This document shows, piece by piece, positions 44,123 through 51,957 of a stretch of DNA of 64,000 nt. This DNA comes from a bacterium (GTDB lineage: Bacteria; Hinthialibacterota; Hinthialibacteria; Hinthialibacterales; Hinthialibacteraceae), in assembly GCA_963662285.2 (NCBI GenBank), contig CAXXMV010000006.1:1424284-1488283 (forward strand). Direction: 5' to 3'. The stretch's first letter is position 1. Each line of letters opens with the position of its first letter. Below the pieces are notes generated by a model that was not told the origin of the DNA, searched no databases, and saw only the letters and a list, made by a program, of their open reading frames with translations. The position numbers and the translations under genes are program-made.

Positions 44123-45070
44123 ATGCCTATTGTAAGTTTATTTTGCGCATCGCATTGCCATGGCGAGGAAATCGCAAAGCGAATTTCTCAAAATCTTGGA
44201 TGCGAATTAATTGAAAATAAAATAATTAAATTAGCTGCAGAACGATTTGATGTTGATTATGATAAATTGCTTCGTTCCATGCATGGTCAAGTATCAATTT
44301 TTAATAATATTAGCCACGAAAGAGAACGATGCATCGAATATATCAGAATGGCCTTTGCCGCAAGATCCAAGCAAGACGATTTTATCTACTCTGGTTTTGC
44401 CGGTCATTTAATGCCTCGAAAATTCAATCATATTCTGCATGTTTGCATCGTCGCCAATAATGACTATCGGATTCGGCAAGCTGTAAAAGGTGATAACCTA
44501 AATGAAAAAGAAGCTCTACGTCGTATTCAGATAGATAACAAACAGCGCTTCGAGTGGACTAACTATTTACATAATTCCAATCCATGGGATCAATCATTAT
44601 ACGATATAAAAATCCCTATTCATATTATGCCGGTTGATAAAGCGGTAGACCTGATTTGCGAACATGCCATGGTTTCTATCCCTGAACCTGCGCAGAATAT
44701 TATGCAGGACATTGAAGATGAAATCACCAAATGCAAAGTGAAAATTTTATTGCAAGACAAAGGCTATGATGTCAATGTCTCATGCATTGATGGCATGGTC
44801 ACTGTTCAACTTAATAAATTCACTCTGCGATTGGAAAGAATGAAAACCAAAATTGCCAAACTGGTCAAATCATATCTATGTATTGAGGATATAGAAATAC
44901 GCGCCGGTTCCTGTTTCAACCGTCCCCGGATTTCTCCTTACGATTTTGAGATTCCTTCCAAGGTTTTACCAGTTGATGATGAAAAAGATTATGTTCTTAC
45001 TATGTCTAAACGCCTGCAAACAGAGGAATATAATCATTTTTTTGAAACCTTTGAATCCGTATTATTGTAA
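44123..45070 (+). CDS. Cytidylate kinase-like family protein with a degenerate P-loop and a C-terminal BON-like segment
   Basis: The layout is IVSLFCASHCHGEEIAKRISQNLGCELIEN ... RRIQIDNKQRFEWTNYLH..PWDQSLYDIKIPI. It resembles the PF13189-type family, but the GSGG loop is replaced. Confidence 0.45.
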   Translation: MPIVSLFCASHCHGEEIAKRISQNLGCELIENKIIKLAAERFDVDYDKLLRSMHGQVSIFNNISHERERCIEYIRMAFAARSKQDDFIYSGFAGHLMPRKFNHILHVCIVANNDYRIRQAVKGDNLNEKEALRRIQIDNKQRFEWTNYLHNSNPWDQSLYDIKIPIHIMPVDKAVDLICEHAMVSIPEPAQNIMQDIEDEITKCKVKILLQDKGYDVNVSCIDGMVTVQLNKFTLRLERMKTKIAKLVKSYLCIEDIEIRAGSCFNRPRISPYDFEIPSKVLPVDDEKDYVLTMSKRLQTEEYNHFFETFESVLL

Positions 45071-45250
45071 TGCCTGTATGGAAATACCCCTTCTTCATTG
45101 TCGTACTCAAATTATGTCTTAAACCTCAGATATTCAGCAGTTCTCTTTGATCTAGCATATTGCGCGCAATAAGGCCGCGCTCTATCTATAAGATATGTAA
45201 ATGTGTTAATATCGAAGTTGGATTTTATTAAAATATCTTAAGGTGAACTG

Positions 45251-47557
45251 ATGAAAAAGACTGGTCTGATAATATTTATTTGGGCGATGGCCGCGTCAAT
45301 TTGTTATGCGGTTAGTTTGGATAAACAGCTGCGTAATCCGATTCCAGTTAATACGGCTGAAGCGGTATTGGAAATATTCTGGGATCCCGATATCAGCGAT
45401 TTTTCACAATGGGAAATTACTCCTGGTGAAGCCCATGGTCTGAAAATTTTTCAAAATTGGGGCGCAGTGGATTTCCAATGGACGGTGAAACCGAAACAAG
45501 GTCCGGCGCTTCAGATGAAACGGCAGGTTTGGGCTGATTGCTCGAAATACGATAGTTTGATTCTTAGCCTGACAACCCCTCAACAATCTATAGTGAAAAT
45601 AATCGCCGGTACTGATAAGGGAGCAATTACTTTTACATCCAAACCATCCGAAGGTAAAAAATTAGAATTACTGATGGATTTAAATGGCGCCCGAATAATT
45701 GAAGAACTTACATTGGAAATCTATGCGCAGGATGAAGGTATTTCCGCCGGATGGTTGAACTGGATAATGCTGCAAAACTCAGAACAACTAAAAATCCATT
45801 TAGACCAGTGGAACCATTTTGATGATAAATGGATAAAACATCTTAAATCTGAAGATTATCAACCTTCTTTTGATCCGGCATACGGAATATTTCTAACCAA
45901 AGATGAGGTTGACTTATTGCGGGATATTCATAAAAAACAGATGAAGGAACATGGGGAATCTTATTTCTCGCGATTGGCGCTGAGCGCACGGAATTATCAG
46001 CCCGAAAAAGCCATAAAGCAATTCGCGCGGGGCAATACCCGACTTAGAGATGATAATGCTTCGGGATTTTCAAGCATTGCAAGAAAGGCCGCTGTTGCTG
46101 CTATTGTTCTAAAAGATAAGGAACTGCTGCGTATCGCGGCGCGTAATGCGCTTTCTCTGGCGGTCAGCCAGTATTGGGATCATGGTTTCAATACCCAGTT
46201 TCCATTATCCGGCTGGGAACTGAGAGCGTTTAAGCGGTCTTATTGTATGGAAGATACAGCATGGATAATGGATCTTGCCGGAGAATTGTTTACGACTGCG
46301 GGGCGTCGATTAGTGCTTCGTAAACTATCTGAAGAAGGGGCTGGTCCGATCAATTTTTGCACCTGGCGGCATGAGTATATTTTCGATTGCAATCAGCTGG
46401 CATTTTTTAATACAGGGCGCATGGCAGGGTATCTGGTGCTTGAAAGAGAATATCCCAGAGTTAAATCATATACTGATATTGCGTTTAATGAATCAATCGA
46501 AAATATCGAGCGCGCCATTGCTTCTGACGGCGGTTACTATGAAGGTCCTGGATATTTCTCCAGCGTGGTTCGGCGCAATTGCATGGTCATTCAACAATAC
46601 GCCAAAGCGCGCGGCGTGGATTATTCCGCCGTACTCCCTGAAATCTTGAAGCGAACTGATCAATTCGCCTGCGCTATTGCATCCACGACTGATAAAGATC
46701 ACCTGGCAATCTGCGATGGCGACGATGACGGCCTTGATCTTCAGGCCATGTTGATTCTCGCCGCGCTGATGCCTGACAGTTATTGGGTGACGATGAGCCA
46801 TAAAATGATGAATCGCATGACGCCGGGAAGTATGGACCCTTTCGACCTTCTCTTAAGCAGACAGATACCTCCTCAAGGCCCTGTCTTGCCTGAATTTGTC
46901 TTTTTGCCGGAAACCGGATACATGTGTTCCCATCGAAAATTAGATGGTAAAGATGTGAAACTATTTATTATGGGCAATATGAAAGGCGCTGATCACTGCC
47001 ATGAAGATAAGGGCAGCTTCATTCTTGAGTATGCCGGAGATTGTTTCGCCGTAGATATCGGCATCGGTAGTTACAAAGATCCATTGCATTTTCCTTATAA
47101 GCATTGTCAACGCCATAATATGCTGGTTCCGATTGATGATGGCGTGCGCGTGGCGCCGAAGAATCCCATACCTTTTGATATTAAGCCCGTTGGGCAGGGT
47201 GATAGCCAAAAGTTCGCCGCTGAAATTGATGCGTCTGTCGGTTGGAACGGCTATTATAAAAAATGGGTTCGACGATGGAACTCACCTTCGCCAGACCTGA
47301 TTATTATCGAAGATGAGTATGAACTCAGTAAAGGGAAGGGCGTAGAGTTTTATTGGCAGACGCTTTTACCCTGCAAGATAAACGGACGTATGGTGGAGAT
47401 TCAAGGAAAGAATGGTACAGCAATCATCGAAGCGCCGGAAGATTGCGGCATCAGAATTGAACAGTTGCCCATGCAGAAAGGCGCCGAACAAAACCGGATC
47501 GCCATAAGAAAATTATCACGATCCGGTACATTGAAAATATCTGTCAGACTGCAATGA
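45251..47557 (+). CDS. Heparinase II/III-like protein (polysaccharide lyase-like), secreted
   Basis: The protein has a signal peptide. The C-terminal GADHCHEDKGSFILEYAGDCFAVDIG matches the heparinase II/III signature (H.H.D.gSF.l...G..l..D.G). Confidence 0.75.
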   Translation: MKKTGLIIFIWAMAASICYAVSLDKQLRNPIPVNTAEAVLEIFWDPDISDFSQWEITPGEAHGLKIFQNWGAVDFQWTVKPKQGPALQMKRQVWADCSKYDSLILSLTTPQQSIVKIIAGTDKGAITFTSKPSEGKKLELLMDLNGARIIEELTLEIYAQDEGISAGWLNWIMLQNSEQLKIHLDQWNHFDDKWIKHLKSEDYQPSFDPAYGIFLTKDEVDLLRDIHKKQMKEHGESYFSRLALSARNYQPEKAIKQFARGNTRLRDDNASGFSSIARKAAVAAIVLKDKELLRIAARNALSLAVSQYWDHGFNTQFPLSGWELRAFKRSYCMEDTAWIMDLAGELFTTAGRRLVLRKLSEEGAGPINFCTWRHEYIFDCNQLAFFNTGRMAGYLVLEREYPRVKSYTDIAFNESIENIERAIASDGGYYEGPGYFSSVVRRNCMVIQQYAKARGVDYSAVLPEILKRTDQFACAIASTTDKDHLAICDGDDDGLDLQAMLILAALMPDSYWVTMSHKMMNRMTPGSMDPFDLLLSRQIPPQGPVLPEFVFLPETGYMCSHRKLDGKDVKLFIMGNMKGADHCHEDKGSFILEYAGDCFAVDIGIGSYKDPLHFPYKHCQRHNMLVPIDDGVRVAPKNPIPFDIKPVGQGDSQKFAAEIDASVGWNGYYKKWVRRWNSPSPDLIIIEDEYELSKGKGVEFYWQTLLPCKINGRMVEIQGKNGTAIIEAPEDCGIRIEQLPMQKGAEQNRIAIRKLSRSGTLKISVRLQ

Positions 47558-47571
47558 GGCGGTGGTATTCT

Positions 47572-47877
47572 TTACCAGTCAACATCATCTGGAAAGATGC
47601 TGTTGTGTTTGACGCCGATACGCTTTTGCGCCATCCAGTCTTGCACCGTTTCACGCCAGTCGAGGTAATGCTGGGTTTGTTGATGGATGCTGAAATCTTT
47701 TGGTGTTTTATAACATTCATAAAGGAAGAAGCGGTTCGGATCATCCTCCGCTTTGAGCACATCGAAACACAGGTTGCCCGGTTCTTTGCGCGTGTTGCGG
47801 GCGTTATTCAGAGTGGCCTGGATAAACTCTTCCGTGTTTTCCGGTTTAACGTGAATCGTAACGCATACTACATACAT
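47572..47877 (-). CDS. Antibiotic biosynthesis monooxygenase (ABM) domain protein / putative quinol monooxygenase
   Basis: The 101-aa protein reads VVCVTIHVKPENTEEFIQATLNNARNTRKEPGNLCFDVLKAEDDPNRFFLYECYKT. This fits the ferredoxin-like ABM fold pattern. Confidence 0.8.
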   Translation of the reverse strand: MYVVCVTIHVKPENTEEFIQATLNNARNTRKEPGNLCFDVLKAEDDPNRFFLYECYKTPKDFSIHQQTQHYLDWRETVQDWMAQKRIGVKHNSIFPDDVDW

Positions 47878-47950
47878 AATTGAAATCTCCTGGTAATTAT
47901 TTGTCTTGGTTCATTGGTAGTGATAGGTCAGCCAATTGAAGCGCGTTATT

Positions 47951-48035
47951 CCTCCCCCAAGCCTGGGGGAGGTTAGGTGGGGGTTGATCCGTCGAAGCGC
48001 AACCCCCCTCTAACTCCCCCCAAACTTGGGGGGAG
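47951..48035. repeat. Variant B-module repeat: three hairpins related to the B/B' part of the mosaic elements
   Basis: The first hairpin is cctccccca-agcc-tgggggagg (47951-47972). The second is gggggttg-atccgtcgaagcg-caaccccc (47979-48007). The third is ctcccccca-aact-tggggggag (48014-48035). Confidence 0.8.
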
Positions 48036-48112
48036 AATTTTGACATGATCGCTTTGTATAAAGCATAGTTATTATGTTGTGACTTTATATGGCTGAACTG
48101 TTAGCATCGGGA

Positions 48113-48883
48113 TTATTTGAGTTCCTTGATTTTGATATCTTTGAAGCGGATTTTTAGTTGATCGCCTTTATGGATTTGCAGGGCGATGAAGCCTTTTTGT
48201 CCGACATTCAATTTTTTATGGATCTCATCATTGAGGATGCCGTCGCCGTTGAAGTCAGTGATGATGACGCCGTTTAATTTCGCTGTAACTTTTAATCCTT
48301 CTACTTTAATTTCAAAATCATTCCAACCACTTTTTTCGTCGCTGTAGTAAAAAATGATGCCCGGCTTAGCCATGGATTCATTGACCCAGCCTTCAGCGAG
48401 ATCGGGGAATATCCAACGCTGATTGCCGCGCGTCTCATCCCACATCATGCCGGTGCGCCAGAAGCCGCTGGGATGGATATCCACTTGCGGGCCATTGAGC
48501 CAGCCATCTTGATCATTATCATCGTAACGGCTCATAATTTGAACGCCGCTGTTGCCTTTGCAGTCTCTATAAGCCTGGAATTTTAAGCGCAGCACGAACT
48601 GAGAGTATTCTTTATCGCTCATCAGCCACACGTAGTCATGACCCTTGTAATCCAGTGAATCGGCCAGAATGGTTCCCTGGTCAACTTTCCAGAATGGCTT
48701 TTCTTTGTCGGCTGCTTTGCACTTAACCGTCCAGCCGCTGAGGTCTTTGCCATTAAAAAGCGGCGTCCATTGCCCGGAATCCTCTTTTTCACTTGCAAGA
48801 GCATCTAAAGAGTACAGGCAAACCGCTAGAAGCAAAACGGATAGCAAGGCGCGTCTCATTAACAAACCGGTATTGATCTTCAT
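48113..48883 (-). CDS. DUF1080 (3-keto-disaccharide hydrolase) domain protein, secreted
   Basis: The protein has a signal peptide, WTPLFNGKDLSGWTV, WKVDQGTI, NSGVQI and GFIALQIH. Confidence 0.85.
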   Translation of the reverse strand: MKINTGLLMRRALLSVLLLAVCLYSLDALASEKEDSGQWTPLFNGKDLSGWTVKCKAADKEKPFWKVDQGTILADSLDYKGHDYVWLMSDKEYSQFVLRLKFQAYRDCKGNSGVQIMSRYDDNDQDGWLNGPQVDIHPSGFWRTGMMWDETRGNQRWIFPDLAEGWVNESMAKPGIIFYYSDEKSGWNDFEIKVEGLKVTAKLNGVIITDFNGDGILNDEIHKKLNVGQKGFIALQIHKGDQLKIRFKDIKIKELK

Positions 48884-49353
48884 TGGGTTTTCCTTTTGAA
48901 ATATATCTTTGTTAAGTAAATCTCATGAAAGGATACATCATCAGTGAGTTAAGAATCAAGCGAATGGCGTGAAACAGTTAAGGAGAGATGTGTGGCAAGC
49001 ATGAGCAAGGAGGCGGGGGATTTGAAATATCTATTGACATTACTCTCAAAATATGATTTTTCTTAAAAAGGATGAAATATCTTTAGCCAATAGTTCAAAC
49101 GCCAATAACAATCCTTAAATTTCATTCATCAACATTCTTTTTGTGTAAGTTAAGTTATCATAGTTGTTTTATGGTAAGTAATGATGATTAAGTAGAGTAA
49201 TATTGGATCGAATTACCGGAATAATATACGCCATTTCCTTGAGTGCCGTTGCATTTGGAGTGATTTTTTTGATAGTATTACTTTATCCAATAATTTGAAA
49301 ATCTGTATTAAAAACACGAAAAGGGGCTGTTTCCCTAAAAAGGAGGAAACAAA

Positions 49354-50673
49354 ATGTCAATGTTAAAATCAATCCTTGCCGAGCGGATTCCTAAATTTCG
49401 GGAAGCACGGCAACGTATTGCGAAGACTTATGGAAATTTGAAGGTTTGTGAAGTATCAGTCGGTCAGATATATGGAGGTTTGCGCGGTGTTCGTGGACTT
49501 ATATGCAACACTTCATCTGTTGAACCTGATCAGGGGTTGAGAATTAGAGATATTCCGATCAAGGAACTCACAGATAAACTGCCTGAAGAAATTCTATTCC
49601 TTTTATTATCCGGTTCATTGCCGGACGCCGAGCAATTGAAAGACTTGCAGAATGACCTGTCCAGCAGATGCAAGGTTCCCGCTTATGTGGTGGATGTGTT
49701 AAAAGCCATGCCTTCCGATTCGCATCCCATGGCTATGTTCAACACCGCCATTCTGGTGATGCAGGGTGAATCGATATTCGCCAAGAAATATGAAGAAGGT
49801 ATACCTAAGTTAGAATTATGGGATCCCGCTTTTGAAGACGCAATGAACATCCTTGCAAAATTGCCCGCAATCGCCGGTTATGTATATCGGTTGCGATTCA
49901 ATAAGGGTGAACTGATTGAACCAGATCCTTCTCTGGATTGGGGCGCCAACCTGGTTCGTACGCTTGGACTACCCGATTCAAATGGTATGTTCACCAAATT
50001 GATGCAACTATATCTTACGCTTCATTCAGATCATGAAGGCGGTAACGTCAGCGCTTTCACCAGCCGCGTAGTCGGATCGGCTTTATCTGATGCATATTAT
50101 TCGTTGTCTGCTGGTTTGAATGGTCTGGCTGGACCGTTGCACGGATTGGCCAACCAGGAATGTTTACGTTGGGTGGCTATGCTGCGCGACAAGTTCGGTG
50201 GAGTTCCTTCTGATGAAGAATTACGTGAATTCGCATGGGAAACTCTTAATAGCGGACAGGTTATTCCCGGCTATGGTCATGCTGTGCTGCGCGTAACCGA
50301 TCCGCGTTATGATGCATTCCTCGAATTTGGAAGAAAACATTGCATGGATGATGAAATTTTCCAACTGGTTTCTAAAATATTTGATATCGTTCCCGATGTT
50401 CTTAAGCAAGTTAAGAAAATTAGCGATCCCTGGCCCAATGTAGATGCTGGATCAGGCGCCTTGCTGAATCATTATGGTCTAGTGGAATATCCGTATTATA
50501 CAGTATTGTTCAGCGTGTCGCGTGCGATGGGCATTTTGGCGCAATTCGTTCTGGCTCGCGGCGTCGGAAGACCGATCACCAGACCTAAATCAGTTACAAT
50601 CAAATGGATGATGGATTTTATAGAAAAAGAGACTGGCGACAAAATTGATCGCGGCATCTATGGCGAAATTTAG
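49354..50673 (+). CDS. gltA: Citrate synthase
   Basis: The motifs are LYLTLHSDHEGGNVSA, GPLHGLANQE, PGYGHAVLRVTDPR and DAGSG. The RBS is AAAGGAGGAAA. Confidence 0.92.
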   Translation: MSMLKSILAERIPKFREARQRIAKTYGNLKVCEVSVGQIYGGLRGVRGLICNTSSVEPDQGLRIRDIPIKELTDKLPEEILFLLLSGSLPDAEQLKDLQNDLSSRCKVPAYVVDVLKAMPSDSHPMAMFNTAILVMQGESIFAKKYEEGIPKLELWDPAFEDAMNILAKLPAIAGYVYRLRFNKGELIEPDPSLDWGANLVRTLGLPDSNGMFTKLMQLYLTLHSDHEGGNVSAFTSRVVGSALSDAYYSLSAGLNGLAGPLHGLANQECLRWVAMLRDKFGGVPSDEELREFAWETLNSGQVIPGYGHAVLRVTDPRYDAFLEFGRKHCMDDEIFQLVSKIFDIVPDVLKQVKKISDPWPNVDAGSGALLNHYGLVEYPYYTVLFSVSRAMGILAQFVLARGVGRPITRPKSVTIKWMMDFIEKETGDKIDRGIYGEI

Positions 50674-50733
50674 AGGGGTTATGTCTGGAGTGGTTGCGGA
50701 TTAGCGCTCACCCAACCACGAGTGAATAAATCC

Positions 50734-50932
50734 CGTAGGGGTACCTTGTGGTTGCCCGGTTCCAGATTTTCCCATGTTAGGGTTGCTCGTAGGGGCAATC
50801 CCTCGTGGTTGCCCGGTTCCAGATTTTCCCATGTTAGGGTTGCTCGTAGGGGCAATCCCTCGTGGTTGCCCGGTTCCAGATTCTCCCTTGTGAGAGGTAG
50901 CCCGTAGGGGCAATCTCTTGTGGTTGTCCGCC
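50734..50932 (+). repeat. Tandem array of ~57-bp units (about 3.5 copies), each containing a GC-rich hairpin
   Basis: Units start at 50734, 50788, 50845 and 50903 (cgtagggg...). The core hairpin is gggcaatc-cctcgt-ggttgccc. The middle units are nearly identical and the outer ones are degenerate. Confidence 0.9.
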
Positions 50933-50956
50933 TTAGTAACCAATGAATAAAGATAA

Positions 50957-50981
50957 GAAGCGGCCTGTTATGGGCCGCTTC
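50957..50981 (+). terminator. Rho-independent terminator candidate downstream of gltA and the tandem array
   Basis: The sequence is gaagcggcc-tgttatg-ggccgcttc, a 9-bp perfect stem followed by tttcac. Confidence 0.55.
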
Positions 50982-51030
50982 TTTCACTTAAGTAGATAAA
51001 ACTTGCCAAAAAAATGAATATCCCCTTGCG

Positions 51031-51059
51031 AAAAGTTAGGCAAGCCGTAAAATATAAGG
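51031..51059 (+). promoter_or_regulatory. Iron-box-like motif upstream of dtxR (candidate DtxR-family operator/promoter)
   Basis: The sequence is aaaagTTAGGcaagccgTAAaatataagg. It shares flanks with the site at 51921-51949 and has half-site similarity to the DtxR/IdeR box TTAGGTTAGCCTAACCTAA. Confidence 0.4.
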
Positions 51060-51098
51060 TGTGACGAGTATGTTGAGTGGATACTAGAAACTATAATT

Positions 51099-51623
51099 AT
51101 GACAAATACCAAAACTCTTAGCGAAAGTCTTGAAGATTATCTGGAAGCCATTTTCCACATTGTGGATAAAAAACAGGCCGCCAGAGCTAAAGATATCGCA
51201 TTGCGTATGAATGTTAAGAGTTCGTCCGTTACAGGGGCGCTGCATGCGCTCTCTGAAAAAGGTTTGATCAATTACGCACCGTATGACCTGATTACCTTGA
51301 CTGTTGAAGGAACCAAAAAAGCTGATAATGTAGTGCGGCGCCATCGCGCGTTACGTGACTTCTTCGTCAAGGTTCTTTCGGTTGGAGAAAAAGAATCTGA
51401 AGAAGCTGCATGCAAGATGGAACATGGCGTATCACCCAATATTTTGAAGCGCTTTCGTGAATTTATTGGATTTATTGAAAGATGCCCGCGAATGAACATT
51501 CATTGGACTGAAGGAAGAGGTTATCATTGCGAGCATGGTGACCTGGTCGTCAATTGCGAAAAATGTATATCCCTATGTTTGAAAGACCTGAAAGTTGGAA
51601 AGGACAAAGCAGAGTGCAATTAA
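51099..51623 (+). CDS. DtxR/MntR-family metal-dependent transcriptional regulator with a Cys/His-rich C-terminal extension
   Basis: The N-terminal region SESLEDYLEAIFHI...ARAKDIALRMNVKSSSVTGALHALSEKGLINY is the winged-HTH. RHRALRDFF marks the dimerisation/metal domain. The tail is ERCPRMNIHW..YHCEHGDLVVNCEKCISLC. Confidence 0.85.
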   Translation: MTNTKTLSESLEDYLEAIFHIVDKKQAARAKDIALRMNVKSSSVTGALHALSEKGLINYAPYDLITLTVEGTKKADNVVRRHRALRDFFVKVLSVGEKESEEAACKMEHGVSPNILKRFREFIGFIERCPRMNIHWTEGRGYHCEHGDLVVNCEKCISLCLKDLKVGKDKAECN

Positions 51624-51667
51624 GCGCTCTCAATGTGATCCCTATGGTAACACCCAATACAACCAAA

Positions 51668-51883
51668 ATGCCTTTAGCCATGGTGGAAACTGGAAGAGTA
51701 GTGCGACTGGTTGAAATAACCGCCGGAAAAAATCTCAAGACTCGCCTGGCAGATATGGGACTGTATCCTGGTATGGAATTTACTGTCATAAAGAATACAA
51801 TGGGCGGACCATTTATTATTGCTGTAAAAGAGAGCCGCATAGCTATTGGTCGAGGTATGGCTCAGAAAATCATGGTAGAATAA
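51668..51883 (+). CDS. feoA: Ferrous iron transport protein A (FeoA)
   Basis: The protein reads MPLAMVETGRVVRLVEITAGKNLKTRLADMGLYPGMEFTVIKN..GPFIIAVKESRIAIGRGMAQKIMV, which fits the SH3-like FeoA pattern. The start is uncertain because the track ORF begins at 51554 and overlaps dtxR. Confidence 0.75.
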   Translation: MPLAMVETGRVVRLVEITAGKNLKTRLADMGLYPGMEFTVIKNTMGGPFIIAVKESRIAIGRGMAQKIMVE

Positions 51884-51920
51884 TTTAAAATATCAATATA
51901 AGAAGAGTTTTTTTTGGATA

Positions 51921-51949
51921 AAAAGTTAGGTGCTCCTAAAATATATAGG
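51921..51949 (+). promoter_or_regulatory. Iron-box-like palindrome immediately upstream of feoB
   Basis: The sequence is aaaagTTAGGtgctCCTAAaatatatagg. It is a 5-4-5 palindrome with the same flanks as the site at 51031-51059. Confidence 0.4.
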
Positions 51950-51957
51950 AGAGCCAA

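Noticed and set aside
50679-50987. ORFs 50679..50987(-), 50701..50943(-) and 50722..50907(+) as repetitive proteins.
   Set aside because: All three frames are open only because the 57-bp period is a multiple of 3. The peptides are direct read-through of the hairpin repeat, and there is no RBS or start-codon context.
50679-50990. Possible CRISPR array, because of regularly spaced GC-rich palindromic repeats.
   Set aside because: The units are contiguous 57-bp tandem copies with no unique spacers between them. No cas genes are nearby. The pattern is a tandem repeat, not repeat-spacer-repeat.
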